This document shows, piece after piece, positions 18,078 through 27,800 of a stretch of 49,782 bases of DNA (position 1 is its first letter; each line of letters begins with the position of its first letter). This DNA comes from Clostridiales bacterium (GTDB lineage: Bacteria; Bacillota; Clostridia; Saccharofermentanales; Saccharofermentanaceae). A program made the translations under genes and the position numbers. Location of the stretch: the NCBI GenBank assembly GCA_017513085.1, contig JAFWDK010000031.1, positions 1 through 49,782 on the forward strand. Direction: 5' to 3'. Below the pieces are notes generated by a model, which saw only the letters and a program-made list of their open reading frames with translations, ran no database searches and had not been told where the DNA came from.

Positions 18078-20585
18078 TCAGGAGTCTTCTCCGTTACGGA
18101 TCACATTTCTCTTGATCTTGCCGCTGATCGTTTTCGGAAGTTCTGTGACGAACTCAACGACACGCGGATACTTGTAAGGAGCCGTGTTGGTCTTGACGTA
18201 ATCCTGGATCTCTTTCTTGAGCTCCTCTGTCGGCTCGGCACGACCCGGAACAAGAACGATCGTAGCCTTTACGACGATACCGCGGACGCCTTGCGGGTCA
18301 GGGGTACCGGTGACGGCACACTCGAGTACGTATGGCAGTTCCATGATGACGCTCTCGATCTCGAAAGGTCCGATACGGTAGCCGGAAGATTTAATAACAT
18401 CGTCGACACGACCGACATACCAGATGTAGCCATCCTCGTCCTTCCAAGCGGTATCACCGGTGTGGAAGAAGCCGTCGTGCCAGGATTCGCGGGTCTTTTC
18501 CTCATTCTGGTAGTAGCCGAGGTAGAGACCGCAAGGAACAACTTCCTTTGTATTGATGCAGATCTCACCTGTAGTACCAGGCGGACAGTCATTGCCGTCC
18601 TCGTCAAGGATATGCACATCATACGGTGTGACGGCTTTACCCATAGAGCCGAGGCGGATCGCGGAACCGACGAGGTTACCGATCACGAGGGAAGTCTCAG
18701 TCTGGCCGAAGCCCTCCATCAGACGGATACCTGTCGCACGCATGAACTGGTTGAATACCTCAGGATTCAACGCCTCACCGGCAACTGTCGCATACTTCAG
18801 GGAAGTCAGATCATAGTTCGACAGATCTTCCTTTACGAGGAAACGATACATGGTCGGCGGCGCGCAGAACGTAGTGACGTGATATTTATTGAACATCGGC
18901 AGGATCTCATTGGCATGGAATCTGTCGAAATCGAAAGTAAAGGTAGGTGCTTCGCAGAGCCACTGACCGTAAAGCTTACCCCAGAGGGATTTGCCCCAGC
19001 CGGTATCGGAGATCGTGAAGTGCAGACCGTTCGGATCAACATTGTGCCAGTATTTTGCAGTCGCAAAATGACCGAGAGAGTACTTATGAGAGTGCGCCGC
19101 GATCTTCGGATAGCCGGTAGTACCGGAAGTGAAGAACATGACCATTGTGTCGTTACCCTGGGTCGCGTTGGCCGGACGTGCGAACTCATCACTGAAGGCA
19201 GGCATCTCATAGTTGAAGTTATGCCACTTGGAACTCATTCCTTCCATCGGGAGGAAGCCGTTTCCGCCCTGCTCGAAAAGCACTGCTTCGTTCTTTAATC
19301 CTGCTTCCTCAACAGAGGCTTTTCCTTCGAGTACTTTGAGAAGGTTCACACCGGCTTCGTCGTCGGCGCCATTAGCCATGATGAAAGTGATATCCATACC
19401 GGCGTGCTCGGCCGCTTTCTGCGCTTCGAGTGCCGTGTCGCCGTTACCTGTGATGACGATTGCGGAGACGCCGGCCGACTTAAAGCGATAATCAAAGTCG
19501 TGCTCCTTCAAAAGGTTGGTAGCCGGGATCGCGATGGCACCGATCTTATGGAGTGCAAGGATCGAGAACCAGAACTGATAGTGGCGCTTAAGAACGAGCA
19601 TGACGCGGTCGCCGTGCTTGATACCGAGGCTCTCGAAGTAGTTTGCAGTCATCGAGGTGTATTTCTTCATCTCTTCAAAAGTGAAGCGGTGGTCAGTGAC
19701 TCCGTCTTTTGCGACCCACATCATGGATGTCTTATTCGGGTCTTTGTCAGCCATCGCATCGACGAGATCAAAAGCAAAGTTGAATTTCTCGGCTTCCGGA
19801 GTGTAGGAGATCGACGTCAGCTTGTTGTTGGCATCCAGTGTGTCGATGACATACTTTCTGTAGATCGGATCCTTAACGGCAGCAAGATCGAAATTGGTCT
19901 TGTTATCTTCCACGTAAGAAGTCTGGACGGTCTTTTCGTAGGTATCGCCCTTGGTCCACTTCTCCGGATTGAGAACGATTGCGTAGAAGGTGCAGTCCTC
20001 ACCGCCGAGAGCATATTCATTATGCGGTGTTCTACTGTCGAAGAAGATGGAGTCACCGGGGTACAAGATCTCGGAATGGTCACGGAGCATGACTTTCAGG
20101 CAGCCCTTCGTGACGATATTCAACTCCTGACCGGAGTGGGTGACAAGCTTGTACGGCGGATTCAAGGCTTCCTCGGAATACGGGATCGTGACCTCGAAAG
20201 GCTCACAGAGCTTGTTTCTGAAGAGGTGGCCCAGACGCATGTACTTATATCCTGCACGGCGTGTGATCGGCAGACCCTCGCCCTTTCTTGTAACGGCATA
20301 TTCGCGAAGAGCCGGTGTTGTACCTTCCATCAGCTCGGAGATCTCGACGCCGCAAAGGTTGGCGACTTTATAGACGAAAGTGAAGCTGAAGTCTTCCTGA
20401 CCTTCTTCGTACTTCACATACTCTTCTTCGGAGACCTCGACCTTTTCGGCCATATCCTTGGTGGAGAGGCCCATATCCAGACGCAGTGCTTTGATACGGC
20501 TGGCAACCTCAGAGATCTTCTGCTCCAGAAGACCGCCCTGATCGCCGTTTCTCAATAATGATTCATTCTTTTCTAGTTCGCTCAT
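18078..20585 (-). CDS. XRE HTH-cupin-AMP-binding acyl-CoA synthetase fusion
   Basis: N-terminal HTH, cupin 'THSGQE...PGDSIFFDS..PH', then 'FTSGTTGYPK', 'EGFGQTET', 'TGD', 'PKTISGKIKR'. Confidence 0.9.
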   Translation of the reverse strand: MSELEKNESLLRNGDQGGLLEQKISEVASRIKALRLDMGLSTKDMAEKVEVSEEEYVKYEEGQEDFSFTFVYKVANLCGVEISELMEGTTPALREYAVTRKGEGLPITRRAGYKYMRLGHLFRNKLCEPFEVTIPYSEEALNPPYKLVTHSGQELNIVTKGCLKVMLRDHSEILYPGDSIFFDSRTPHNEYALGGEDCTFYAIVLNPEKWTKGDTYEKTVQTSYVEDNKTNFDLAAVKDPIYRKYVIDTLDANNKLTSISYTPEAEKFNFAFDLVDAMADKDPNKTSMMWVAKDGVTDHRFTFEEMKKYTSMTANYFESLGIKHGDRVMLVLKRHYQFWFSILALHKIGAIAIPATNLLKEHDFDYRFKSAGVSAIVITGNGDTALEAQKAAEHAGMDITFIMANGADDEAGVNLLKVLEGKASVEEAGLKNEAVLFEQGGNGFLPMEGMSSKWHNFNYEMPAFSDEFARPANATQGNDTMVMFFTSGTTGYPKIAAHSHKYSLGHFATAKYWHNVDPNGLHFTISDTGWGKSLWGKLYGQWLCEAPTFTFDFDRFHANEILPMFNKYHVTTFCAPPTMYRFLVKEDLSNYDLTSLKYATVAGEALNPEVFNQFMRATGIRLMEGFGQTETSLVIGNLVGSAIRLGSMGKAVTPYDVHILDEDGNDCPPGTTGEICINTKEVVPCGLYLGYYQNEEKTRESWHDGFFHTGDTAWKDEDGYIWYVGRVDDVIKSSGYRIGPFEIESVIMELPYVLECAVTGTPDPQGVRGIVVKATIVLVPGRAEPTEELKKEIQDYVKTNTAPYKYPRVVEFVTELPKTISGKIKRNVIRNGEDS

Positions 20586-20642
20586 TTTTCAATTCCTCCA
20601 TAAGCTCCCTATCAGCTGCGCCTTACTTTCGCTTTTGAGGCA

Positions 20643-20926
20643 ATAAAAAACGCCCCAACGTCCACTCTTCGGACATTGAGACGGCTATTTACCGCGGTAC
20701 CACTCAATTTGCGAAATCTTTCGCCACTTAATAGGTTCTATCAAACCCGTTGCCTTAACGCGGCCCTAACGTGTACAGTCTACTCAAGTTCGATCGTAAG
20801 ATCTCTCTTATTCGGTGTACCGGCTCGGAAGCGATAGTCATCTGGATCATCCCGGATACCGACTTTCAGCAGTATGTCGGCTCTCTGTGAGGCGAAATGG
20901 TCACGACCTTCTTCGTCATAGCTTTT
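20643..20926 (-). ncRNA. T-box riboswitch, probable Ile specifier (AUC at 20835-20833)
   Basis: GA motif GCUAUGA, AGAGAG and GCUGAAA loop motifs, T-box AAUUGAGUGGUACCGCG, terminator with U-run. Confidence 0.9.
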
Positions 20927-20936
20927 ACTCAAGCAG

Positions 20937-20965
20937 ATAATAATCTCTTTGAAAAAGCTTGTCAA
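20937..20965 (-). promoter_or_regulatory. Sigma-A promoter for the T-box leader
   Basis: TTGACA-N17-TATTAT. Confidence 0.8.
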
Positions 20966-21184
20966 CACTTTTTTTGGATTTCTTCGGAATGAAGAGCATT
21001 TCGGACGCATACGGCGGAAAACGTGAAAAAAGAGGCGTGAAATCGTACACCGGATACCAGCGGTGTAAAGGAATTTCCATATGTTTTTATTTACGTTTGG
21101 GTGTAATAGTGTATAATCAAAACTAGGGTAATGTGTTTGATTGTAATATTTACAATCGATTGACTGAGGTATGATGGAGGCCAC

Positions 21185-21679
21185 ATGAAGACTCTGAAGA
21201 AAATCCTTATTATTTTGATCACGCTGTCTACTTTACTTGGAGTATGCGGGTGCGCTGATAATCCTTTCAAAAAGAAGGAAAGACCTTATGAAGAGGTCAA
21301 ACAGGAAGTTACTGATCTGAGCATGCGTCTCACCAGAAAAATGCTTGAGGGCGATTATGATACGCTTGCGAACTTCATCCGTCAGGAAGAAGCGACAACA
21401 CAGGTCAAGCAGATCATCACGGGAATCAGCCCGACTTTGCATAATGACGTGGTTCTTAGCGTCGAACGCGTAAGCGTGCTTCCGGGCAGTTATTCCACTG
21501 AAGTTGAATACAAGGCAATGTTCCTTTTTGAGAAGACGACGTATTCTTTGTCCTTTGTGATGAAGATCGAACGCCGCGATGACAACTGGGTCATCAACAA
21601 TATGGTGGCGCTGGCGACAGATATGCGTACATTGAATAAAGCATACTTGGATGGTAAAGCGAATGACGAAGCAGAATAG
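21185..21679 (+). CDS. Small lipoprotein (possibly NTF2-like)
   Basis: RBS GGAGG; lipobox VCGC; ends with 'MKIERRDDNWVI' beta-hairpin pattern. Confidence 0.7.
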   Translation: MKTLKKILIILITLSTLLGVCGCADNPFKKKERPYEEVKQEVTDLSMRLTRKMLEGDYDTLANFIRQEEATTQVKQIITGISPTLHNDVVLSVERVSVLPGSYSTEVEYKAMFLFEKTTYSLSFVMKIERRDDNWVINNMVALATDMRTLNKAYLDGKANDEAE

Positions 21680-23939
21680 TATCCGGGTCGACGAGCAGCA
21701 GGGCATCCTGCGGCTGGATACGGCCAATACAACTTATGTTATGGGAATTTCAAATGGCCTTTATCTAGGCCATTTGTATTATGGAGCGAAAATTCCGGCA
21801 GATGATCTTTCTTATCGCACGGCACTGACGACACCCATGTCGCCGGAGAATATCAAGAAGGATTTCTGCGTCTATATGGACAGCACGGATTTCGAATACC
21901 CAGGATGGGGCATCGGTGACAGCCGTGAGGGCGCGATTAAAGTGCGTGATGCACTTGGCTCCACGAGGACGAACCTGATCTATAAAGGTTACCGGATTTC
22001 TTCTTCAAAAGCACTGATCCCGGGTCTGCCTGCGACTTTTGCGTCGGAGTCGGATCCCGAAGATGTATCCACGCTGGAAGTCGATCTTCAGGATCCCGAT
22101 ACAGGATTGCTGGTAACACTCTTTTACAGTGCTTTTTGGGCAGAAGACATTATCGCGAGACACGTGGAAGTGAGAAATGAAGGCAAGAATGAATTAGTTC
22201 TGGAAAGAGTGCTTTCGGCAAGCGTGGATATGCGTGAGACGGACCGTCAGGGTAAAGATTTACGGCTTATGACATTTTACGGGATCTGGGCGAGAGAATT
22301 CACGAAGGAGATCCGTGAGATCGGGCATGGAAGAACCGGCGTATCGTCCATTATCGGCAAGACGAACAATCGCGCACAGCCTTTCCTTGGTCTCGTGTCG
22401 CAAGATATTACGCAAGTGTCCGGCGAAGTTTATGGACTGAATTTTCTGTACTCCGGTAATTTTGCTTCAATGGTGGAGAAGAATCCGAACGGCGGCCTAC
22501 GTGTTTCCGTGGGGATCCATCCGGAAGAGTTTTCCTGGCATCTGGCTCCGGGAGAGGTGTTCTATGCACCTGAGGTCGTCATGACATATTCGTGCTGCGG
22601 TCTGGGAAAGATGTCGAGAAATTTCCATGACCTCTACCGGAAACATCTGATTCGGGGAAGCTATAAGGACAGAAAACGTCCGATCCTGATCAATAACTGG
22701 GAAGCAACATATTTCGACTTTGATACGGAGAAACTGCTTGCCATCGCGAAGAAAGCGAAGGAATGCGGCATTGAGATGCTTGTCATGGATGACGGGTGGT
22801 TTGGTAAGCGTAACGATCCGGACAGCAGCCTGGGTGACTGGTGGGTGAATGAGGAGAAACTTACGGGTGGTCTGGCGCGTCTGGGAAGAGAGCTTGAAGA
22901 TATGGGCATGAAGTTCGGCATATGGTTTGAGCCGGAGATGGTGTCCCCGGATTCTGAACTTTATCGGACGCATCCGGACTGGGCGATCGCGGTTCCGGGA
23001 AGAGAGCCGTCGCGATCCAGAAACCAACTGGTCCTTGATGTTTCCAGAGAAGAAGTGCGTGACCACATTTTCAACAGCATGTATAAGGTCCTTACCAGTA
23101 CGAAGATCTCCTATGTGAAGTGGGATATGAACCGGCATCTGACTGATCTTTATAGCGCAGGATTACCGGATTGCCGGCAGGGTGAGCTGTTGCACCGTTT
23201 TGTTTTAGGTGTGTATGACCTTCAGCAGAGACTACTGACCGCATTCCCGGATCTGCTCCTGGAAAACTGCAGTAGCGGCGGAGCACGGTTCGATCCCGGT
23301 ATGCTGTACTTCAGCCCGCAGATCTGGACGTCTGACGATACGGATGCATATGAGAGGATCCGTATCCAGGAGGGCGCGCAGATGCTGTATCCGCTTTCTT
23401 GTCTGGGTGCACATGTATCTGTCTGCCCCAATCACGTAACGGGAAGAGTAGTGCCTTTTAAGACACGTGGACATATTGCCCTGAGCGGCACATTCGGCTA
23501 CGAACTGGATATAACGAAACTTTCTGAAGAAGAACACGAGATGATCCGTCAGCAAACGGCAATGTACCACAAATATAACGACCTGATCCGGACGGGAGAT
23601 TTTTATCGCATGGCCTCCTTCCGGGAGAACGGCTTCTTCGATTGCTATGGTGTGGTTTCCAAGGATAAGTCGGAGATGCTTCTGACTTTTATCCATGTGA
23701 TGAACCAGCCTTGTATGCCTACAAGATGGATCAGCATCCAGGGCCTCGATCCGGATAAACTCTACGCTGTGGAGCAGGTGGATGACAGTACGATAGGTCC
23801 TTCGGAGCAGGTAACCGATGCGACGCGTAAAGTATGTCAGGCGCATGGAGCAACTCTTGCCCATGCGGGACTCATCGTGCCTTGCCGGTATGGGGATTTC
23901 CAGTCTGTACTCTATCGTATTTCGGAGGTGAAAGAATGA
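21663..23939 (+). CDS. GH36 alpha-galactosidase
   Basis: 'NNWEATYF', 'MDDGWFG', 'YVKWDMNR', 'ENCSSGGAR', 'WTSDDTD'; start at 21651 or 21663. Confidence 0.93.
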   Translation: MTKQNSIRVDEQQGILRLDTANTTYVMGISNGLYLGHLYYGAKIPADDLSYRTALTTPMSPENIKKDFCVYMDSTDFEYPGWGIGDSREGAIKVRDALGSTRTNLIYKGYRISSSKALIPGLPATFASESDPEDVSTLEVDLQDPDTGLLVTLFYSAFWAEDIIARHVEVRNEGKNELVLERVLSASVDMRETDRQGKDLRLMTFYGIWAREFTKEIREIGHGRTGVSSIIGKTNNRAQPFLGLVSQDITQVSGEVYGLNFLYSGNFASMVEKNPNGGLRVSVGIHPEEFSWHLAPGEVFYAPEVVMTYSCCGLGKMSRNFHDLYRKHLIRGSYKDRKRPILINNWEATYFDFDTEKLLAIAKKAKECGIEMLVMDDGWFGKRNDPDSSLGDWWVNEEKLTGGLARLGRELEDMGMKFGIWFEPEMVSPDSELYRTHPDWAIAVPGREPSRSRNQLVLDVSREEVRDHIFNSMYKVLTSTKISYVKWDMNRHLTDLYSAGLPDCRQGELLHRFVLGVYDLQQRLLTAFPDLLLENCSSGGARFDPGMLYFSPQIWTSDDTDAYERIRIQEGAQMLYPLSCLGAHVSVCPNHVTGRVVPFKTRGHIALSGTFGYELDITKLSEEEHEMIRQQTAMYHKYNDLIRTGDFYRMASFRENGFFDCYGVVSKDKSEMLLTFIHVMNQPCMPTRWISIQGLDPDKLYAVEQVDDSTIGPSEQVTDATRKVCQAHGATLAHAGLIVPCRYGDFQSVLYRISEVKE

Positions 23940-24664
23940 TCGAGACGCAGATCTTTCATTTGCTTGAGGGCGCACAGCAGGCGCGTGGAACGACGGTGAT
24001 CATTGATGTGTTCCGTGCTTTTTCCCTGGAGTGTTATCTTTATGCGATGGGCGCAACTCTGGTCCGTCCGGTGGGATCTGTCGAGGAGGCACGAATCTTA
24101 CGGGACAAGATCCCGGATTCGGTTTTAGTGGGCGAACGCCATGGAATCAAGTGTGAAGGCTTTGATTTTGGCAATTCACCGTCTCAGGTACGAAGAGAAG
24201 CAGTCGAGGGAAGAACGGTGATCCACACGACCAGCGCGGGCACGCAAGGGATCGTGAATGCTTTGGGCGCGGAAGAGATCCTGACCGGAAGCATCGTTAA
24301 TGCACGTGCAATCGCGGAGTATATCCTTTCGAAGGAGCAGGCCCGTCCGATGGAGAAGCACTTGGTCTCGTTGGTAGCGATGGGTCTTTCCGCTGCTTCG
24401 AGAACAGAAGAGGATGAGCTCTGCGCGGAATATATCCAGGTGCTTCTGGAAAAACAAAAAATGCCGGACCTTGCGGCCCGGCTTTCAGGTTTAGCCCAAA
24501 CAAGCGGAAAACGGTTTTTTGATCCGGCGATGCAAGAGCATTTCCCGAAGGAGGACTTTGGCTTATGCATCGCGGCGGATTCTTTTCCGTTTGTTCTTCG
24601 TATCGGACAGGATGATCTGGGACTCTTCTCAGAGCGGATCTTTATTCCGGCTGAATCGATTTGA
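23936..24664 (+). CDS. comB: 2-phosphosulfolactate phosphatase family protein
   Basis: 'IIDVFRA', 'GER.G...GFDFGNSP', 'TTSAGT', 'EDELCA'; ATGA coupling, RBS GGAGGTG. Confidence 0.85.
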   Translation: MIETQIFHLLEGAQQARGTTVIIDVFRAFSLECYLYAMGATLVRPVGSVEEARILRDKIPDSVLVGERHGIKCEGFDFGNSPSQVRREAVEGRTVIHTTSAGTQGIVNALGAEEILTGSIVNARAIAEYILSKEQARPMEKHLVSLVAMGLSAASRTEEDELCAEYIQVLLEKQKMPDLAARLSGLAQTSGKRFFDPAMQEHFPKEDFGLCIAADSFPFVLRIGQDDLGLFSERIFIPAESI

Positions 24665-24671
24665 TGACCGG

Positions 24672-26123
24672 TCAGCCGCTTGTAGCGGAATGATCGGCAG
24701 CGACATGCTGTTCTTCTACTGTTACTTCGATCTCGAGTTCCTCGCCCTGACGATAGATCTTAAAGGTGAGCTTACCGCCTGCGCCTGCCTGATCGATGGC
24801 ATCTGACAGATCCTTGGTATCGGTAACTTCTTTGCCGTTGATCTCCGTGATGATATCGTCGGCCTGCACACCTGCTTTTTCTGCAGGACCATCCGGAATG
24901 ACTTCCTCAATCGAAATACCATCCGGGAGACCATAACGCTTCATGTTTTGCGGGACCATCTGACAATATACGCCGACAAAAGGTTTGGTGACCAGGCCGG
25001 TCTCGATGATGTTGTTAATGATGTCGCGGACACCGTCGATCGGGATCGCAAATCCGATATTCTCGATAGAAGCTTCGGTAGCATTGCTGTTGTTGGAATA
25101 CTTGGCGTTGGTGATGCCGATCACCTCACCGTAGAGGTTGAAAAGAGGTCCGCCGGAGTTTCCTGCGTTGATCGCACAGTCAGTCTGGATCAGGTTCATC
25201 GGTGTGTTGTTGATGGTGATCGTGCGGTTGAGGGCGCTGACGCAGCCTGCAGTGAGGGAGAAAGTCAGTTCGCCTAAAGGATTGCCGATCGCAATGACCT
25301 CGTCGCCGACGTTGAGATGTTCTGATTCGCCCAGGATCACCGGAGTCAGGCCTTTGGCTTCCACTTTCAGAACGGCCAGATCGTTCTTGCTGTCATATCC
25401 GATGAGTTGTGCCTGGTATGCATTTCCATCGTATGTGGTGACCTTAATATCCGTGGCACCTTCCACGACGTGGTAATTGGTAACGATGTAGCCGTCCTCG
25501 GTCAGGATAAATCCGGAACCGGAGGCGGCAGCAGAGGTCTTGTATCCATAATAGTTATAATCGATAGATGTGGTGATTCCGACCGTGGCATTTACATTGG
25601 CGGCATAGATCTCCGCCGCGGTATGCTTCTCACTGGTATCAACATAGTCGGTATTGATGGCGGAATAGTCTCGCTTGCCCTGAAGGATCAAAGAAGATCC
25701 GCTATCTGATCCGCTGTTCCCGTCAGAAGCTTTCTTGGCTGCTTTCTTCGCGGCCGCAACAGCTTCGGACCGGATGCTGTCCAAAGAGTGGTTGGCATAA
25801 AGAAACATAGCTCCTGCTCCTGCAACACTTCCGAGAAGACAGCACGCTACGGCAATCGCAGCGATCCTCTTGCCTGATCCGCTTGTTTTCTCTTTTTTGG
25901 CTTTCTTTTCCTTTCGTAACGGAACAGGCTTGGTATCGTTTGCTTCTGCATATACAGGCGGCTGAACAGCTTGTGTCTGCTGTGCTTCGCCCAGAGGGGA
26001 AAGCGGTGCATAGTGCGGCAGTGGTATAGTCGGGATCTGCGGTTGCATCGCCTGACCCGCAGTACGGGCTTGATCCGGAGTGTTGGGTAATCCGTTTGTA
26101 TTTTGATAATCGTTCATCGACAT
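24672..26123 (-). CDS. htrA: HtrA/DegP-type membrane serine protease with PDZ domain
   Basis: TM helix, 'GSGFI', 'TNYHVV', 'DLAV', 'GNSGGPL', C-terminal PDZ; RBS AAAGGAG before ATG 26123. Confidence 0.92.
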   Translation of the reverse strand: MSMNDYQNTNGLPNTPDQARTAGQAMQPQIPTIPLPHYAPLSPLGEAQQTQAVQPPVYAEANDTKPVPLRKEKKAKKEKTSGSGKRIAAIAVACCLLGSVAGAGAMFLYANHSLDSIRSEAVAAAKKAAKKASDGNSGSDSGSSLILQGKRDYSAINTDYVDTSEKHTAAEIYAANVNATVGITTSIDYNYYGYKTSAAASGSGFILTEDGYIVTNYHVVEGATDIKVTTYDGNAYQAQLIGYDSKNDLAVLKVEAKGLTPVILGESEHLNVGDEVIAIGNPLGELTFSLTAGCVSALNRTITINNTPMNLIQTDCAINAGNSGGPLFNLYGEVIGITNAKYSNNSNATEASIENIGFAIPIDGVRDIINNIIETGLVTKPFVGVYCQMVPQNMKRYGLPDGISIEEVIPDGPAEKAGVQADDIITEINGKEVTDTKDLSDAIDQAGAGGKLTFKIYRQGEELEIEVTVEEQHVAADHSATSG

Positions 26124-26167
26124 AGTATCGTCTCCTTTCGTACAAGGTGAACTCTTATTCACTTGTA

Positions 26168-26205
26168 AGTATACTCTATCCCGTCAACCTTAAAATTACT
26201 TTAAA
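26168..26205 (-). promoter_or_regulatory. Direct-repeat response-regulator box and -10 of htrA
   Basis: TTTAAA-N5-TTTAAG-N10-TAGAGT (overlapping TATACT). Confidence 0.45.
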
Positions 26206-26295
26206 GTTATTTTTTCACGATACTTCTTGTGCATATAAGACAAGGCGGGCGATCAATGGTAAAATAAAAAGAGTTGATAGGGGAGGAGAATTCTT

Positions 26296-27777
26296 GTGAA
26301 ACTAAGTGAACTTCTTGTTTTTAACGACATTGTGATCCAGTGTCATGATAACCCTGATGCGGATGCTTTGGCGTCAGGATATGCCCTCTATCTTTTCTTT
26401 AAGAGAGCCGGCAAAGAGACTGAGTTTATCTATCGTGGTCTGAACAAGGTGGGCAAGAGCAACCTGATGATCATGCTGTCTGAACTGGAGATCCCGGTGA
26501 AGTATATGCCGGAATTCGATCGGGTGCCGGAACTTCTGGTGACGGTCGACTGTCAGTATGGCCAGAGAAATGTTACGACTACCGATGCGAAGAATATTGC
26601 CATTATCGATCACCATCAGGTAACGGTAGATCTTCCGAAGCTGTCGGAAGTCAGAAGCAATATCGGAAGCTGCGCTACAGTTGTATGGGATATGATGAGG
26701 GAAGAAGGTTTCCCGATCAATTCTGACAAGAAGCTGATGACGGCGCTTTACTACGGACTATACTCCGATACGAATAAGCTCTCCGAGATGGCGCACCCGC
26801 TCGACCGCGATATGACAGACTCCCTTATGTTCAATGAGGCGCTGATCAAACAGATGAGTAACTCGAATATTTCACTGGGAGAACTATTGATCACGGGAAG
26901 AGCTTTTCTCTCGAATGAATATATTGATAAAGACAAGTGCATCGTTGTAGAGGCAGAGGCTTGTGACCCATGTATTCTCGGTGTGATCAGCGATTTTGTT
27001 TTAGAGACGGATAAGGTCGACGTGTGCGTGGCGTTCTATTCCAGTCCTTTTGAAGTGAAGTTTTCCGTGCGCAGTTGTTCCAAAGAAGTTCATGCCAATG
27101 AACTTGCCTCGTTCCTGGCGGAAGGCTTGGGCGGTGGCGGCGGACACCTGTATAAGGCAGGCGGCACGATCCGTCCGGAGATGCTGACAGCCTCTGCAAA
27201 AGAAGTGATCATGAAGCGCCTTCTGGAGTACTATGACGCGTATAAGATCATGTATGCGAAAGATACTGTCCTTGACCGCGAAGGTATGAAACTGTATGAG
27301 AAGATTCCTCAGAAGGTGGGTGTGGTCAGAATGCTCGACATCTTTCCTGAGTATTCGAGAGTGGATATCCGTACGCTTGAAGGGGATATCAGCGTTCAGG
27401 TCGAGAAGAATACATACCTGATGATCGGCATCGAGGGTGAAGTCTATCCGATTCAGGAAGAGAAGCTACGAAGAAGTTACGAGATCTCCGATCAGGCATA
27501 TGTACACACATTCGAATATGCGCCTTCCGTGAAAAATGCGGTGACCGGAGAGCGGTTCGAAGTGTGCAAGTTTGCCAAGACTGCGGTCGGAAAGGGTGGA
27601 GCCCGCATCTGGGCGAGACCTTTGACCGGCTATGTAAAACTCTTTACTGCATGGGATGAGGAGAAGTACTATGCCGGAGCCCCGGGCGACTATATTGCCT
27701 TCCGTGAAGACGATGAACACGACATCTACATTATCCGTTCGACTCTCTTCGACCAGTTATATTTTGAAGTAAAGTAA
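26296..27777 (+). CDS. DHH/DHHA1 phosphoesterase with C-terminal PGDYG-like extension
   Basis: 'HDNPDADA', 'VDC', 'IDHH', 'GLYSDT', 'GGGGH'; tail contains 'RTLEG' and 'GAPGDYI'. Confidence 0.85.
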   Translation: MKLSELLVFNDIVIQCHDNPDADALASGYALYLFFKRAGKETEFIYRGLNKVGKSNLMIMLSELEIPVKYMPEFDRVPELLVTVDCQYGQRNVTTTDAKNIAIIDHHQVTVDLPKLSEVRSNIGSCATVVWDMMREEGFPINSDKKLMTALYYGLYSDTNKLSEMAHPLDRDMTDSLMFNEALIKQMSNSNISLGELLITGRAFLSNEYIDKDKCIVVEAEACDPCILGVISDFVLETDKVDVCVAFYSSPFEVKFSVRSCSKEVHANELASFLAEGLGGGGGHLYKAGGTIRPEMLTASAKEVIMKRLLEYYDAYKIMYAKDTVLDREGMKLYEKIPQKVGVVRMLDIFPEYSRVDIRTLEGDISVQVEKNTYLMIGIEGEVYPIQEEKLRRSYEISDQAYVHTFEYAPSVKNAVTGERFEVCKFAKTAVGKGGARIWARPLTGYVKLFTAWDEEKYYAGAPGDYIAFREDDEHDIYIIRSTLFDQLYFEVK

Positions 27778-27800
27778 GCAACACTTTTTTCTCGGATTTC

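Noticed and set aside
20780-21184. Short ORFs over T-box leaders (20780-21184, 39153-39404) and N-terminal extensions of the RhuM, guaA, TIR, comB and asnS ORFs
   Set aside because: They overlap promoters or riboswitches, and better RBS-linked starts exist downstream.
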